Virus genome (UHGV): UHGV-0202034
Reading direction: 5' to 3' (one strand)
From: a virus
Length of the DNA: 46,913 bases
Every line of letters begins with the position of its first letter. The first letter of the stretch is position 1. Positions 7,950 to 16,363 of this stretch are shown here, piece after piece. The position numbers and the translations under genes are program-made. Below the pieces are notes generated by a model that did no database searches, was not told where the DNA came from, and worked only from the letters and a program-made list of their open reading frames with translations.

Positions 7950-8771
7950 TTACGCGCAGTTGCCGCAGCCGTAGTTGTAGCCGCTGTTGCATCCTGCGTA
8001 CTGGTACGGGGCCGGAACGCTGAATGCCGGAACCGGGCGCGGGTTGTAATACGCCAACTGCCCGCTCACGTAGTTACGCAGATCGAGCGTCTGAGCGTTC
8101 TGGCTTGCCGCAAGCTGCGCAACAAAGAGCTGCTGGTTCTGCTCGGCGATCTTCGCGTCCTTCGCCGCAAGCTCCTGCGCCGTCAGACGCTGGTCGATGC
8201 TGCGGAAGCCGCAGTTCATGGCGTCGATGATGTCGCGGGTGGTGTTCTGCACGGTGTTGCGGGTGTCGCACGCCTGCGTCGCCATGTCATAGCGCACCTG
8301 GGCGATTGCAGCGCGGTTTTCGCAGCAGCACTCCTGTGCCTGCATCGCCATGTTGTTCAGCTGCTGCATAAGCGCAGCCTGCTGATTGCAACGGGAAAGC
8401 TCGGCGGACTGGAAGCCAGTGTTCATGTTCTGATTGACACCGGCGAAACCGTTCAGCAACGTAGTGTTCATTGCGTAAAATCCGTCGCAAAGACCCTGCT
8501 GGGTAATTTCGCCCTTACGCTCGAGTGTGGACGCCGCGCTGTCAATCTGCCTCTGAAGCGTAGCAAAGTCACTTGCAAGAACATAGTTGTCCGCAGCGCC
8601 GCTGCCATTATTGCCGCCCCAACCGTTCCGATTCCACCCCATCAGAACAATGAAGAACAGAATAATCCACCAGCCGTTTCCATCTCCGAAGCCGCCAAAG
8701 CCGCCGCCATTCATTGCGCCAGCAGGTGCAACGGGCATCGTGGTCTGAATCCCACCATCTGTAAGAGACAT
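7950..8771 (-). CDS. Gly-rich hydrophobic N-terminus plus long coiled-coil protein with CCC motif
   Basis: GFGGFGDGNGWWIILFFIVLMGW; Gln/Asn-rich heptads; ECCCE. Confidence 0.8.
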   Translation of the reverse strand: MSLTDGGIQTTMPVAPAGAMNGGGFGGFGDGNGWWIILFFIVLMGWNRNGWGGNNGSGAADNYVLASDFATLQRQIDSAASTLERKGEITQQGLCDGFYAMNTTLLNGFAGVNQNMNTGFQSAELSRCNQQAALMQQLNNMAMQAQECCCENRAAIAQVRYDMATQACDTRNTVQNTTRDIIDAMNCGFRSIDQRLTAQELAAKDAKIAEQNQQLFVAQLAASQNAQTLDLRNYVSGQLAYYNPRPVPAFSVPAPYQYAGCNSGYNYGCGNCA

Positions 8772-8823
8772 AACATCTCTCCTTTCATAAGCTTTTTATT
8801 TACAAGTTTCTGGCCAGAAAACG

Positions 8824-8852
8824 TTGTATTGATAGCAAAAATGTGATATAAT
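8824..8852 (+). promoter_or_regulatory. promoter TTGTAT-17-TATAAT for HNH cassette
   Basis: extended -10 TGnTATAAT. Confidence 0.65.
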
Positions 8853-8856
8853 TTAC

Positions 8857-8911
8857 TTGCACGGATAGGGTAGCTCCCGACAAGCCGAAAGTCCTATCGG
8901 TTTCCGTGCAA
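8857..8911 (+). ncRNA. structured leader RNA (C4/CI-like antisense candidate)
   Basis: TTGCACGGA/TCCGTGCAA closing stem; GTCCTA complementary to downstream TAGGAC and the AGGAC RBS. Confidence 0.45.
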
Positions 8912-8943
8912 TCTTTTTTAGGACTGCACGAAAGGACAGTGCT

Positions 8944-9789
8944 ATGCCGTATAGAGATAAGGGATATTACGAGAAAAAGCATCAATCGCTAATTGGTCAA
9001 AAGTTCAATCGATTAACAATTTTGAGCATTTGGAAAAACAAAGAATCCGGTTATTATATGTGCCGCTGTCGTTGCGATTGTGGAAACACAAGAGATAACA
9101 GATTGACATACGTTAAGAACGGCGGTATTAAATCTTGCGGATGCTCAAAATACAAACATCGACCACTTCCAAACAATAGCAGCAGCGTGTTTGATGGAAG
9201 ATCATCTCACCCATTGCATAAGGTCTGGAACGCCATGTTTGATCGCTGCGAAAATCCAAATAACCAGATGTTCTCTGTTTATGGAGGGCGCGGAATCTCT
9301 GTCTGTCAAGAATGGAGAGACTTTCAGAAATTCGTTGAATGGTCTGACTCTGTTGGTGGGCGTCCGAAAGGGTATTCCCTGGACAGGATTGACCCAAATG
9401 GAAACTATTGCCCTGAAAATTGCAGATGGGCAGACGACGAGACGCAGCAAAACAATAAACGCACGAATCAATACTTGACGTATAAAGGTGAAAAGTTATC
9501 GCTGTCCCAGTGGGCGCGTAAGCTCGGAATAAGCCGTTACGCCATACAATATCGATTCATGCAAGGGTGGTCTGCCGAGGATATATTGGAAGTTCCTTTG
9601 AAGCATCGGAAGGACGAATACCGAAGAAAAATATTGCAAAAAACGAAGTCTGGAGATATTGTCGCCGTTTATAACAGCCTTTCGGAGTTGCCGGAAGAAT
9701 ACAAGATTACATCTGTTTCTTCTGCCTGCAACGGGCATTATCAGCGTGATACTTACAAGGGCTATATTTGGGAGTACGCAGAGGGCTAA
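8944..9789 (+). CDS. HNH homing endonuclease-like protein
   Basis: GQKFNRLT, CRCDCGN, SLDRIDPNGNYCPENCRWA; AT-rich, opposite strand to neighbours. Confidence 0.85.
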   Translation: MPYRDKGYYEKKHQSLIGQKFNRLTILSIWKNKESGYYMCRCRCDCGNTRDNRLTYVKNGGIKSCGCSKYKHRPLPNNSSSVFDGRSSHPLHKVWNAMFDRCENPNNQMFSVYGGRGISVCQEWRDFQKFVEWSDSVGGRPKGYSLDRIDPNGNYCPENCRWADDETQQNNKRTNQYLTYKGEKLSLSQWARKLGISRYAIQYRFMQGWSAEDILEVPLKHRKDEYRRKILQKTKSGDIVAVYNSLSELPEEYKITSVSSACNGHYQRDTYKGYIWEYAEG

Positions 9790-9802
9790 ACGCCCTCTGT
9801 TT

Positions 9803-10018
9803 TTATCCCATCAACTGCTGAAACTGTCCAGCCACCTGCTGCAGCTGATTCAACTGCTGCTGCGAGATTTTCCCGCTTCGCACCAGCTTTTCGATCTCTG
9901 CTTTTGGATCCCCCTGAAAGCTGTTCTGGAATTGCCGGAACTGCTGTATCATGTTCTGGAACTGCCCCATCGGGCCGGGCAGCTGTCCGCCGCCGAGGGC
10001 GTTAAACAGTGGGTTCAT
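9803..10018 (-). CDS. small Gln-rich helical protein
   Basis: 71 aa, GGAGG RBS. Confidence 0.75.
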   Translation of the reverse strand: MNPLFNALGGGQLPGPMGQFQNMIQQFRQFQNSFQGDPKAEIEKLVRSGKISQQQLNQLQQVAGQFQQLMG

Positions 10019-10472
10019 TGTCCGCCTCCTTCATCTTTCGCGGCCTGACGCTTGGGGCGGCCAGCTTCGCCACAAGCTCTTCAAACTCTCTGCGGGTCAC
10101 ATATTCTTCGCTCATGTCTTTTCGCGGCGCTGCGGGCGCTGGCGCGGCCTGCGCACGCTCTACAAGGTCGTAGGTCGTCATGGTCGGCTTTCCGCTTGCG
10201 TCGGCCTTTTTGACGTACACGACCGGCGCGTTCATATCCCAAAGCGTAACAGCATTGTTGGGCGCGACGATAAAGTCATTTGCCGCCTGCTCGTTAGGAA
10301 CCCAGATGATCGACTGGTTTTGCGGCTGCTGTGGCTGCGGCTGATAAGCCGGCATCTGCGGCGCGGGCTGATACTGCGGACGCATCTGCATCTGCGGCTC
10401 CTGCATCTGCGGCATGGGCGGCTGATTGTAAATCGGCTGCTGATACACATACGGCTGTTGTCCGAACATCAT
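10002..10472 (-). CDS. Gln/Pro-rich N-terminus plus globular domain protein
   Basis: 156 aa, coupled to neighbours. Confidence 0.75.
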   Translation of the reverse strand: MMFGQQPYVYQQPIYNQPPMPQMQEPQMQMRPQYQPAPQMPAYQPQPQQPQNQSIIWVPNEQAANDFIVAPNNAVTLWDMNAPVVYVKKADASGKPTMTTYDLVERAQAAPAPAAPRKDMSEEYVTRREFEELVAKLAAPSVRPRKMKEADNEPTV

Positions 10473-10852
10473 TTATCCTCCTTTGCCCAGTAGAACAGCG
10501 GGATCTCATTGCCGCTGTCCCATGTGTCGAAATAGTTTCCGTTCTCCGCACAGACCACATGACTGGACAGAGCAAGAACGTACACGCCGCGCGGATGGTC
10601 TGCGCAGAAATCCGCGACGGTGTAGCAGTCCGGGCATGTGTTCGGGATTACGTTCCGGGTAAAGCCCTGCTGCCGGAGGTAAGCGCTCCATACGCTGTTT
10701 GCGCTCGGCAGATCGCCCATGATGAGTCCTTGCAGGCACAATCCGATATATACCTCGTCCCAGCTCTTCCCGGTCGCCTTTGCGATGGCCCGGACGGTGC
10801 AGTCCCCGACCTTCTGCCCGGCGGGATTTGGATTGAAATAAGAAAAGCCCAT
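10469..10852 (-). CDS. putative papain/C39-like cysteine peptidase
   Basis: GDCTVRAIA (Cys), SSHVVC (His), DTWD (Asp); AAAGGAG RBS. Confidence 0.55.
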   Translation of the reverse strand: MGFSYFNPNPAGQKVGDCTVRAIAKATGKSWDEVYIGLCLQGLIMGDLPSANSVWSAYLRQQGFTRNVIPNTCPDCYTVADFCADHPRGVYVLALSSHVVCAENGNYFDTWDSGNEIPLFYWAKEDK

Positions 10853-10875
10853 ACCGAACACTCCTTTGTGTGTCC

Positions 10876-10930
10876 AGTATGGGCTTTTTTGCGTTTTGAT
10901 GTGCCTCAGCTGCGTATCACTTGTGCATCA
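10876..10930 (-). promoter_or_regulatory. three phased direct repeats plus CATACT -10
   Basis: plus-strand TGTGCCTCA/TGCGTATCA/TGTGCATCA at 10900, 10911, 10922. Confidence 0.55.
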
Positions 10931-10937
10931 TTTCCGC

Positions 10938-11186
10938 TCAGTTTGGAAGACTGCCGGACGCAGCCTTCATCCGCGCCATGATCTCCGGCAGGCGTCGCTG
11001 TACCGTGGCGCGGCCAAGATACAATTCTGTTGCAACGTCCACTTGCGGGAGCTTGTCCACGAAGTAAAGCTGCGCGATCTTCTCATTTTCCCGGCCAAGA
11101 TTGGCCTGATAGATCACGGCCTCCATATCCTTGCGGGTCAGGCGGCCCAGCTCTGGGGGAAGTTTGCCGCGTGCCTGCGGCGACAT
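10938..11186 (-). CDS. small sigma-region-4-like HTH regulator
   Basis: LYFVDKLPQVDVATELYLGRATVQRRL. Confidence 0.7.
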   Translation of the reverse strand: MSPQARGKLPPELGRLTRKDMEAVIYQANLGRENEKIAQLYFVDKLPQVDVATELYLGRATVQRRLPEIMARMKAASGSLPN

Positions 11187-11199
11187 ACGCCCCGCCTCC

Positions 11200-11898
11200 T
11201 TACTTCATGGCCGCGGCCAGCTTCTTCAGGAGGTCGTCGCCGTATTTATAATCGGCGAGATATTTGATCGTGCTGTCCGCCAGCCCGGCCTTTGCCTTGA
11301 TCGTCTCCTTGGCCGCCTCGACGGCCTTGTCGACGGTTTCCGTATCGTATTCCACCCACGGGAGCTTGCCGTGCTTCGTCCATCTGCGGGCGTTGTACCC
11401 GCTCTTGGAGCCGATGTTCAGAACGGCGGTGATCTGCACGCCATTACCCCAGATGGGCGTACACTCAACGGCCAAGCCGTCTCCGATGTACAGGCCCCAG
11501 TGGCCTGGCATCCACAGCCCTTCGCCTGGGACGAGTTTGTCCCAGCCGGACGCGGATACGTCCCTGCACTTCGCGATCATGCCGTCGGCGGAGACGTCAG
11601 GGACGCCGTTCGCGGCGTATTTTGCGCCGCCATATGCCGCGTTCTGATTGCCGTTCCAGCCCCATAGAATGCCCTTCGTGAGGTTCACGCAGTCAAAGCC
11701 GAAATAGCTCTTGCCGATCTGCTTGCGCAGCTCAGACTGCTTGGCGGCTGTGTACCAGCTTGGATACTGTGCAGCTTTTTCCCGGATGATGCTTTCTGTA
11801 ACCGGCATCCCGAAGCAGCCCCACATATACACGGTTTTGCAATTCTTCGCGACGTCAATATGCCGCCTGACGAGCTCGGAGGCTTTCATAACGCTCAT
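11200..11898 (-). CDS. endolysin, NlpC/P60-like peptidase
   Basis: YMWG, FDCVNL, GHWGLYIGDG; follows holins. Confidence 0.75.
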   Translation of the reverse strand: MSVMKASELVRRHIDVAKNCKTVYMWGCFGMPVTESIIREKAAQYPSWYTAAKQSELRKQIGKSYFGFDCVNLTKGILWGWNGNQNAAYGGAKYAANGVPDVSADGMIAKCRDVSASGWDKLVPGEGLWMPGHWGLYIGDGLAVECTPIWGNGVQITAVLNIGSKSGYNARRWTKHGKLPWVEYDTETVDKAVEAAKETIKAKAGLADSTIKYLADYKYGDDLLKKLAAAMK

Positions 11899-12203
11899 GC
11901 CCGCTCGCTCCCGTACAACTCGTGGTGCAGCTGCAGCACGGCGGCCTCGATCAGCTGATCGATTGTAGATACGTCGAACCGGATTCCGTGTTCGGCCAGA
12001 AAATTGATCACATAGGCTTTCTTTTCCTCGCCGTCCGTTGCCGCGTAGAGCTGTTCCGCCGCTTTTACGCCGATCTCTACGTATGTTTTGATGGTTTGCA
12101 GTTTGTTGGCATCGATCTTGGTTTTGAGCCACGGGATTAAAAATGCCGAAACGAGCGCGCTGATGAGCGCGATCACTGCCGAGATGATCTGTGTGTAGTC
12201 CAT
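11895..12203 (-). CDS. holin (LL-H-like)
   Basis: N-terminal TM; VKAAEQLY..GEEKKAYV..IEAAV. Confidence 0.75.
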   Translation of the reverse strand: MDYTQIISAVIALISALVSAFLIPWLKTKIDANKLQTIKTYVEIGVKAAEQLYAATDGEEKKAYVINFLAEHGIRFDVSTIDQLIEAAVLQLHHELYGSERA

Positions 12204-12216
12204 ATGTATGCTCCTT

Positions 12217-12474
12217 TCAATCTTTCAGCACGATCTCTGCGATGCGTGCTGCCGCTTCCGGGCCGTATTTCTCGGCCCATTTATCCATGTACCGTTGCGC
12301 GTACTTCGCGCGATTCTCGTTCTTGGCCTTCCAGAGATAGAATCCGCTGGAAGCCGTTGTTTCGGCCAGCACCGCAAGCGTGATCTCCGTCAGGTCTGCG
12401 CCTGCCGCGCAGGCGATGATAAGCGCGAGGCCGACGAGCGCGCTGCAAATCAGCCACTTTTTACTGAACTCCAT
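12217..12474 (-). CDS. holin-like 2-TM protein
   Basis: MEFSKK, FYLWKAKNEN motif. Confidence 0.6.
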   Translation of the reverse strand: MEFSKKWLICSALVGLALIIACAAGADLTEITLAVLAETTASSGFYLWKAKNENRAKYAQRYMDKWAEKYGPEAAARIAEIVLKD

Positions 12475-12808
12475 TGCTATGCCCGCATTGCGCCTCCAGC
12501 TGATGCAGGAATTTTTTCACGTCGCCGTTCCCGCCCATCTTTTTATACTTCTCTCCGGCGATCAGGCGCTCGGCCATTGGCATTTCCTCGCTCATGATCG
12601 TGAGGCGGAGGATTGCCAGATACTGCTCGTCCTGATGCTCCTGCATTTTCCCGAGCTTTTTGTCGATCTCTGCAAGGTGCGCCTCCTGCGTTGTGGCCTT
12701 GCCGCGCTTTTTCTGTATCGCGCTGACGACGGCATTGACGACCGCCGTCAGCGCGGACGAGCCGAGCACGGCGCAGACGAGGGTGACGATGATGGTTTTG
12801 GTGTCCAT
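12461..12808 (-). CDS. holin-like membrane protein
   Basis: N-terminal TM; YKKMGGNG. Confidence 0.6.
   Translation of the reverse strand: MDTKTIIVTLVCAVLGSSALTAVVNAVVSAIQKKRGKATTQEAHLAEIDKKLGKMQEHQDEQYLAILRLTIMSEEMPMAERLIAGEKYKKMGGNGDVKKFLHQLEAQCGHSNGVQ
12776..12808. repeat. 33 bp direct repeat, copy 1 (copy 2 at 15226-15258)
   Basis: 32/33 identical; both encode MDTKTIIVTLV. Confidence 0.9.
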
Positions 12809-12839
12809 TTTTCTGTACCTTTCTCTTTTATTTGCCGGG

Positions 12840-13268
12840 CTAATCGTCCGCCATTTTGATGTAGGTTGTGGTATCACTGGAATAGCTGATCGTCGGCAGC
12901 GTCGCGCCGCCGAGGGCTGCGTAGAGGGCCGGGTATGCAGTCTGGTCGAATGTTGAGCCATCGCACGCGTGCCACGGGGCGGAGAGGACGCGGACGGTCG
13001 TGAGGATGTCACCGACGTGATAATTCGGCTCCGACAGCTTCCCGAATGCCTCATTTACCATCGGGTTCGCCGGTGCGTCGCCCGCTCGCCAGATCTTTGC
13101 AGCGCTCTGTGCCGTCAGCAGGTTCCCGGCCGTGAGCGGCGTCCCGGCCTCCAGCGGCTCGTCATCCGGGCGAAGCCATTCATACCGCAGAAGGCTTCCC
13201 GCCGCGTCATACACCCCATACCGGACAGCGCCGTTTGCAAGATCATTTGTGCCGATTCTATCCCGCAT
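12840..13268 (-). CDS. short tail fibre/tail-collar protein
   Basis: VGDIL..WHACDGSTFDQTAYPALY collar motif. Confidence 0.7.
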   Translation of the reverse strand: MRDRIGTNDLANGAVRYGVYDAAGSLLRYEWLRPDDEPLEAGTPLTAGNLLTAQSAAKIWRAGDAPANPMVNEAFGKLSEPNYHVGDILTTVRVLSAPWHACDGSTFDQTAYPALYAALGGATLPTISYSSDTTTYIKMADD

Positions 13269-13270
13269 GG

Positions 13271-14764
13271 CTATTCCTCCAGCGCCTTGATGTAGGCATT
13301 GCTTCTTGTGTCCGTCCCGATGGTAGGGATTTCTTTTCCCGCCGCGCTATAATCGCAGTACGCCAGCCCATTTGATGATATGTATGCCGCTCCCCCGTCC
13401 GGCGATAGTGCAATACTGTCGACGCCGCTCCCCAGTACGTCTCCATATACCGGGCCGGATGCTGGAGCGCTGATCGCAATGATCTTTTCCGTTCGACCAG
13501 CACTTTCAGATTCGCTTGCGGTTTCCGAAAGCACTAAAAGCCCGTTTTCGTATTTGCCGTTCGTATAGTTGTCGAGCGAGTAACTATCGGTTTTGTAGGA
13601 AACTACCTTCCCGTTTTCCCATGTTGCACCGTAGTCCGCAGAATACCTGTATACCATATATCCGCTATACATCGTGGTTCCCGCACCAGAGAAAGCAGCG
13701 TTCACCAGTGCAAAAAAAGCAATTATATTTGCCCCACAATGGTAAGCTGACATCAAAGCGTGATAGGTGTACGTCGACGGCTGGTTGAAGGACGGAGTTA
13801 ATTCTTTGATGTTTACGCTGCTGACTGCCTCCCACTTCGGGTTGATCAGGGTTTTTGCCTTTGAAGTCTCCAGTATGTCGCTGGTGCTACAGTTCAGCTT
13901 GTAAAAGCAGTCCTTTTCTTCGGCGTAAAATACAATTCCGCTGATAAAATCTGGGATGCTTACTATTTCCTTTGTTGTTTGGTTTACGTAGCTGGCACTT
14001 ACTCGTCTTCCCGTGTAATTGTTATAGACTCCGTATTCGCCTCTTACTACGTAGATATACAGAACGTTTGGCGTAATAAACATCTTCAGTCCAGAGCTTC
14101 CAGGCAGGCTGCCGCTTGCATATAGCGCAAACGGCGTATCAAGGCTACGCGTTGTGTACACTCCGTTTACCTCTGTGGAGTCTCCGGAAAAAACAGCGTA
14201 ATAAGTGCCGTTTGCATACTGCACATCCGATACCAGCGAGAGTCCGGTCGGCATATCCGCCTGCTGCGTCCACGTCCCCAAATCGGGCGATGTCCAGAAC
14301 TTTCTGTCGCACAGGCCGACCCATTCCCCATTCAGATACCACACAGCTACAGGCTGAATATTCGATGTCTTCAACGCCCACGGAAGCGGCGCGGCAGAGC
14401 TTCTGAGCACAGAAAACAATTTTGGATACTGCTCCTGCGATACAGTGCGCCCGTCGCACGGGAGCCATGCGTCGGAGAGGTCGGTGCGGGCGGTGATAGC
14501 GATGTCGCCGACTTTGGCCGTACCCTCCGAAAGCTTGCCGAGCGCGTCGTTCACGGTCGGGTCGTCCGGCTTCTTCGAGCCGGGCCAGATCTTCGCGGCG
14601 GTTGCATCGGATAGCAGATTTGCCTTGTTGAGTGGCGTACCCTCGACGGTAGGCGCGTCCTCGCGCTTGAGGTATTCGTAGTGATCGAGCGTGCCGTCGG
14701 CGTTATACACGCCGTAGCGGATCGCGCCGTTGGCTAAAACCTGTGTTGGCTGCCTATCTTTCAT
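13271..14764 (-). CDS. tail fibre with collar domain and inserted beta-rich domain
   Basis: VGDIA..WLPCDGRTVSQEQYPKLF; SPDLGTW and SADYGATW BNR-like motifs. Confidence 0.75.
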   Translation of the reverse strand: MKDRQPTQVLANGAIRYGVYNADGTLDHYEYLKREDAPTVEGTPLNKANLLSDATAAKIWPGSKKPDDPTVNDALGKLSEGTAKVGDIAITARTDLSDAWLPCDGRTVSQEQYPKLFSVLRSSAAPLPWALKTSNIQPVAVWYLNGEWVGLCDRKFWTSPDLGTWTQQADMPTGLSLVSDVQYANGTYYAVFSGDSTEVNGVYTTRSLDTPFALYASGSLPGSSGLKMFITPNVLYIYVVRGEYGVYNNYTGRRVSASYVNQTTKEIVSIPDFISGIVFYAEEKDCFYKLNCSTSDILETSKAKTLINPKWEAVSSVNIKELTPSFNQPSTYTYHALMSAYHCGANIIAFFALVNAAFSGAGTTMYSGYMVYRYSADYGATWENGKVVSYKTDSYSLDNYTNGKYENGLLVLSETASESESAGRTEKIIAISAPASGPVYGDVLGSGVDSIALSPDGGAAYISSNGLAYCDYSAAGKEIPTIGTDTRSNAYIKALEE

Positions 14765-15258
14765 GTGAGTAATCCTCCTGTGGCGCACTCCGCCGCGCCG
14801 GTGTGGCGAAAAGATTTTGCAACGTTGACGATTAAGTCTTCGCAGAGCGCAAGAATGCGCTCGATATCGTTTGCATCGGTGTAGGTCAGGCGGCCCAGCT
14901 GCGGCGCGTCCGGCGTCCCGGCAGGATACGCAAGCGCGTCGCGGATGGATTGCACCTGCTTGCGGTATGCCTCGGCCTGTGATACCGTCATAATGTCCGT
15001 TACGGCCCAATCGGTTTTAGCCGTCCACGCGATGCTCTTGCCGCAGATCGAGCTGAGGCGCCCCGCCAGATAGTTCAGGGCGGTTCCCACGCGGTTCATG
15101 TCGCTTGCGTTATACGCGCCCTTCATCCCGGCCAGCCATTCCGCCCGCTCGTCGGAAGTCATGGCAGCAAAGCCCTTCGCGGCCAGCGCCTTGACGCGCT
15201 CCACGTCCGCCTGCGTCCGGTCGGTGACGAGGGTGACGATGATGGTCTTGGTGTCCAT
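14761..15258 (-). CDS. minor tail-associated protein
   Basis: TDRTQADV..MKGAYNASDMNRV. Confidence 0.65.
   Translation of the reverse strand: MDTKTIIVTLVTDRTQADVERVKALAAKGFAAMTSDERAEWLAGMKGAYNASDMNRVGTALNYLAGRLSSICGKSIAWTAKTDWAVTDIMTVSQAEAYRKQVQSIRDALAYPAGTPDAPQLGRLTYTDANDIERILALCEDLIVNVAKSFRHTGAAECATGGLLT
15226..15258. repeat. 33 bp direct repeat, copy 2
   Basis: matches 12776-12808. Confidence 0.9.
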
Positions 15259-15260
15259 GA

Positions 15261-15680
15261 CTATGTACCTTCTTCCGTGATCTTCTTCCACCCGTCCGGG
15301 TTAACGGATGGGTTCCAGACGTTGGCGGCGAGCAGGGATTCGTAGAGCTCGTCCTGCCACCAGCCTTTTTCGCCTTTGGAGAATGCAAGGCCGGCGGTGA
15401 TGGTCTCGGGGATGAGGCGGAAGCCCTGCTTGTAGGCGATGTCCTCCCAGAGGGCCGGGGCGGCGTCCGGGGTGTTCTGGTCGGTGTCCCAGAGGTCGGA
15501 GGCGGCGCGCTTGATGGTGCCGCCCCAGTTGATGCGCGTGCCGGCTTTGACGAGGCTGCCGGAGCCGGTCAGGCGGGTGAAAAGCTCCGGCGCGAGACTC
15601 GCGTCGGCGTCAGTGAGACTGGCGGCGCTTTTGACGATATAGGGGCGCAGCGCCCGCGCCCGCTCGGTGTAGGTGCTCAT
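15261..15680 (-). CDS. tail-associated protein, carbohydrate-binding-module-like
   Basis: FSKGEKGWW..LYESLLAANVWNP..GW. Confidence 0.6.
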   Translation of the reverse strand: MSTYTERARALRPYIVKSAASLTDADASLAPELFTRLTGSGSLVKAGTRINWGGTIKRAASDLWDTDQNTPDAAPALWEDIAYKQGFRLIPETITAGLAFSKGEKGWWQDELYESLLAANVWNPSVNPDGWKKITEEGT

Positions 15681-15681
15681 G

Positions 15682-15993
15682 TTATTCCGCCTCCCCAAGT
15701 AAAATTTTCGCCGCGTTCTCTGCATCTGTGAGTGGCAGTGCCGCACCCATTTCCTCATAGCTGCCCTCCGGCTCCGTACCTTTCAACGTGTAACCGGGGA
15801 GATGAAACACCCTGTCAGAAAGCACCTGATGCTCAGTCCCTTCTTCATCTGTAATAGTCACAGCCATCTTAGCGCAAAATCCTTCTGCCTGATCTTCCTT
15901 GCACGGGACATAACAACCGTTGCCGTGCAGTCGGATGGGCACAATACTGTCCGCATACCCGGCAAACGCGCCGTCCTGTTTTACTGCATACAT
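15682..15993 (-). CDS. hypothetical protein
   Basis: 103 aa, GGAGG RBS. Confidence 0.6.
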   Translation of the reverse strand: MYAVKQDGAFAGYADSIVPIRLHGNGCYVPCKEDQAEGFCAKMAVTITDEEGTEHQVLSDRVFHLPGYTLKGTEPEGSYEEMGAALPLTDAENAAKILLGEAE

Positions 15994-16352
15994 GGCGTCC
16001 CTCCAAATTTCTCTTGATAGATTTTCTCTAATCGCTCTGTGCTTGCGGTACGCAGCCGGTTTTTCCAGTACCCGTTTTCCTGCCCCGGCCATTTGTCATC
16101 CGTAAAGTCTTCACCGCAGCCGTTTTTTCTGTACCATCGGTACAGATCGTTCAGCATTTTCTGCCGCTCGGCACCTTCCTGCGTGTTCGGCCTGAAATGC
16201 TCCCACCCGTTTTCGGACGTCGCAGCGCATATCCGCCTGCCGTCTGCTGCAAACAGGAACCCTTCGAGCTCCGATACCACAGTCCCATACTGGAGATTAA
16301 ATGCTCCATCAATACCCTGTCTATGAAATCGCTTATATACGATATACTCCAT
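15981..16352 (-). CDS. hypothetical protein
   Basis: 123 aa from MEYIVYKRF. Confidence 0.6.
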   Translation of the reverse strand: MEYIVYKRFHRQGIDGAFNLQYGTVVSELEGFLFAADGRRICAATSENGWEHFRPNTQEGAERQKMLNDLYRWYRKNGCGEDFTDDKWPGQENGYWKNRLRTASTERLEKIYQEKFGGTPCMQ

Positions 16353-16363
16353 GGATTTGTCCC

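Noticed and set aside
8944..9789. IscB/TnpB-type RNA-guided nuclease or intron-encoded protein
   Set aside because: No RuvC motifs, the leader is only about 55 nt, and the gene is intergenic rather than splitting an ORF.
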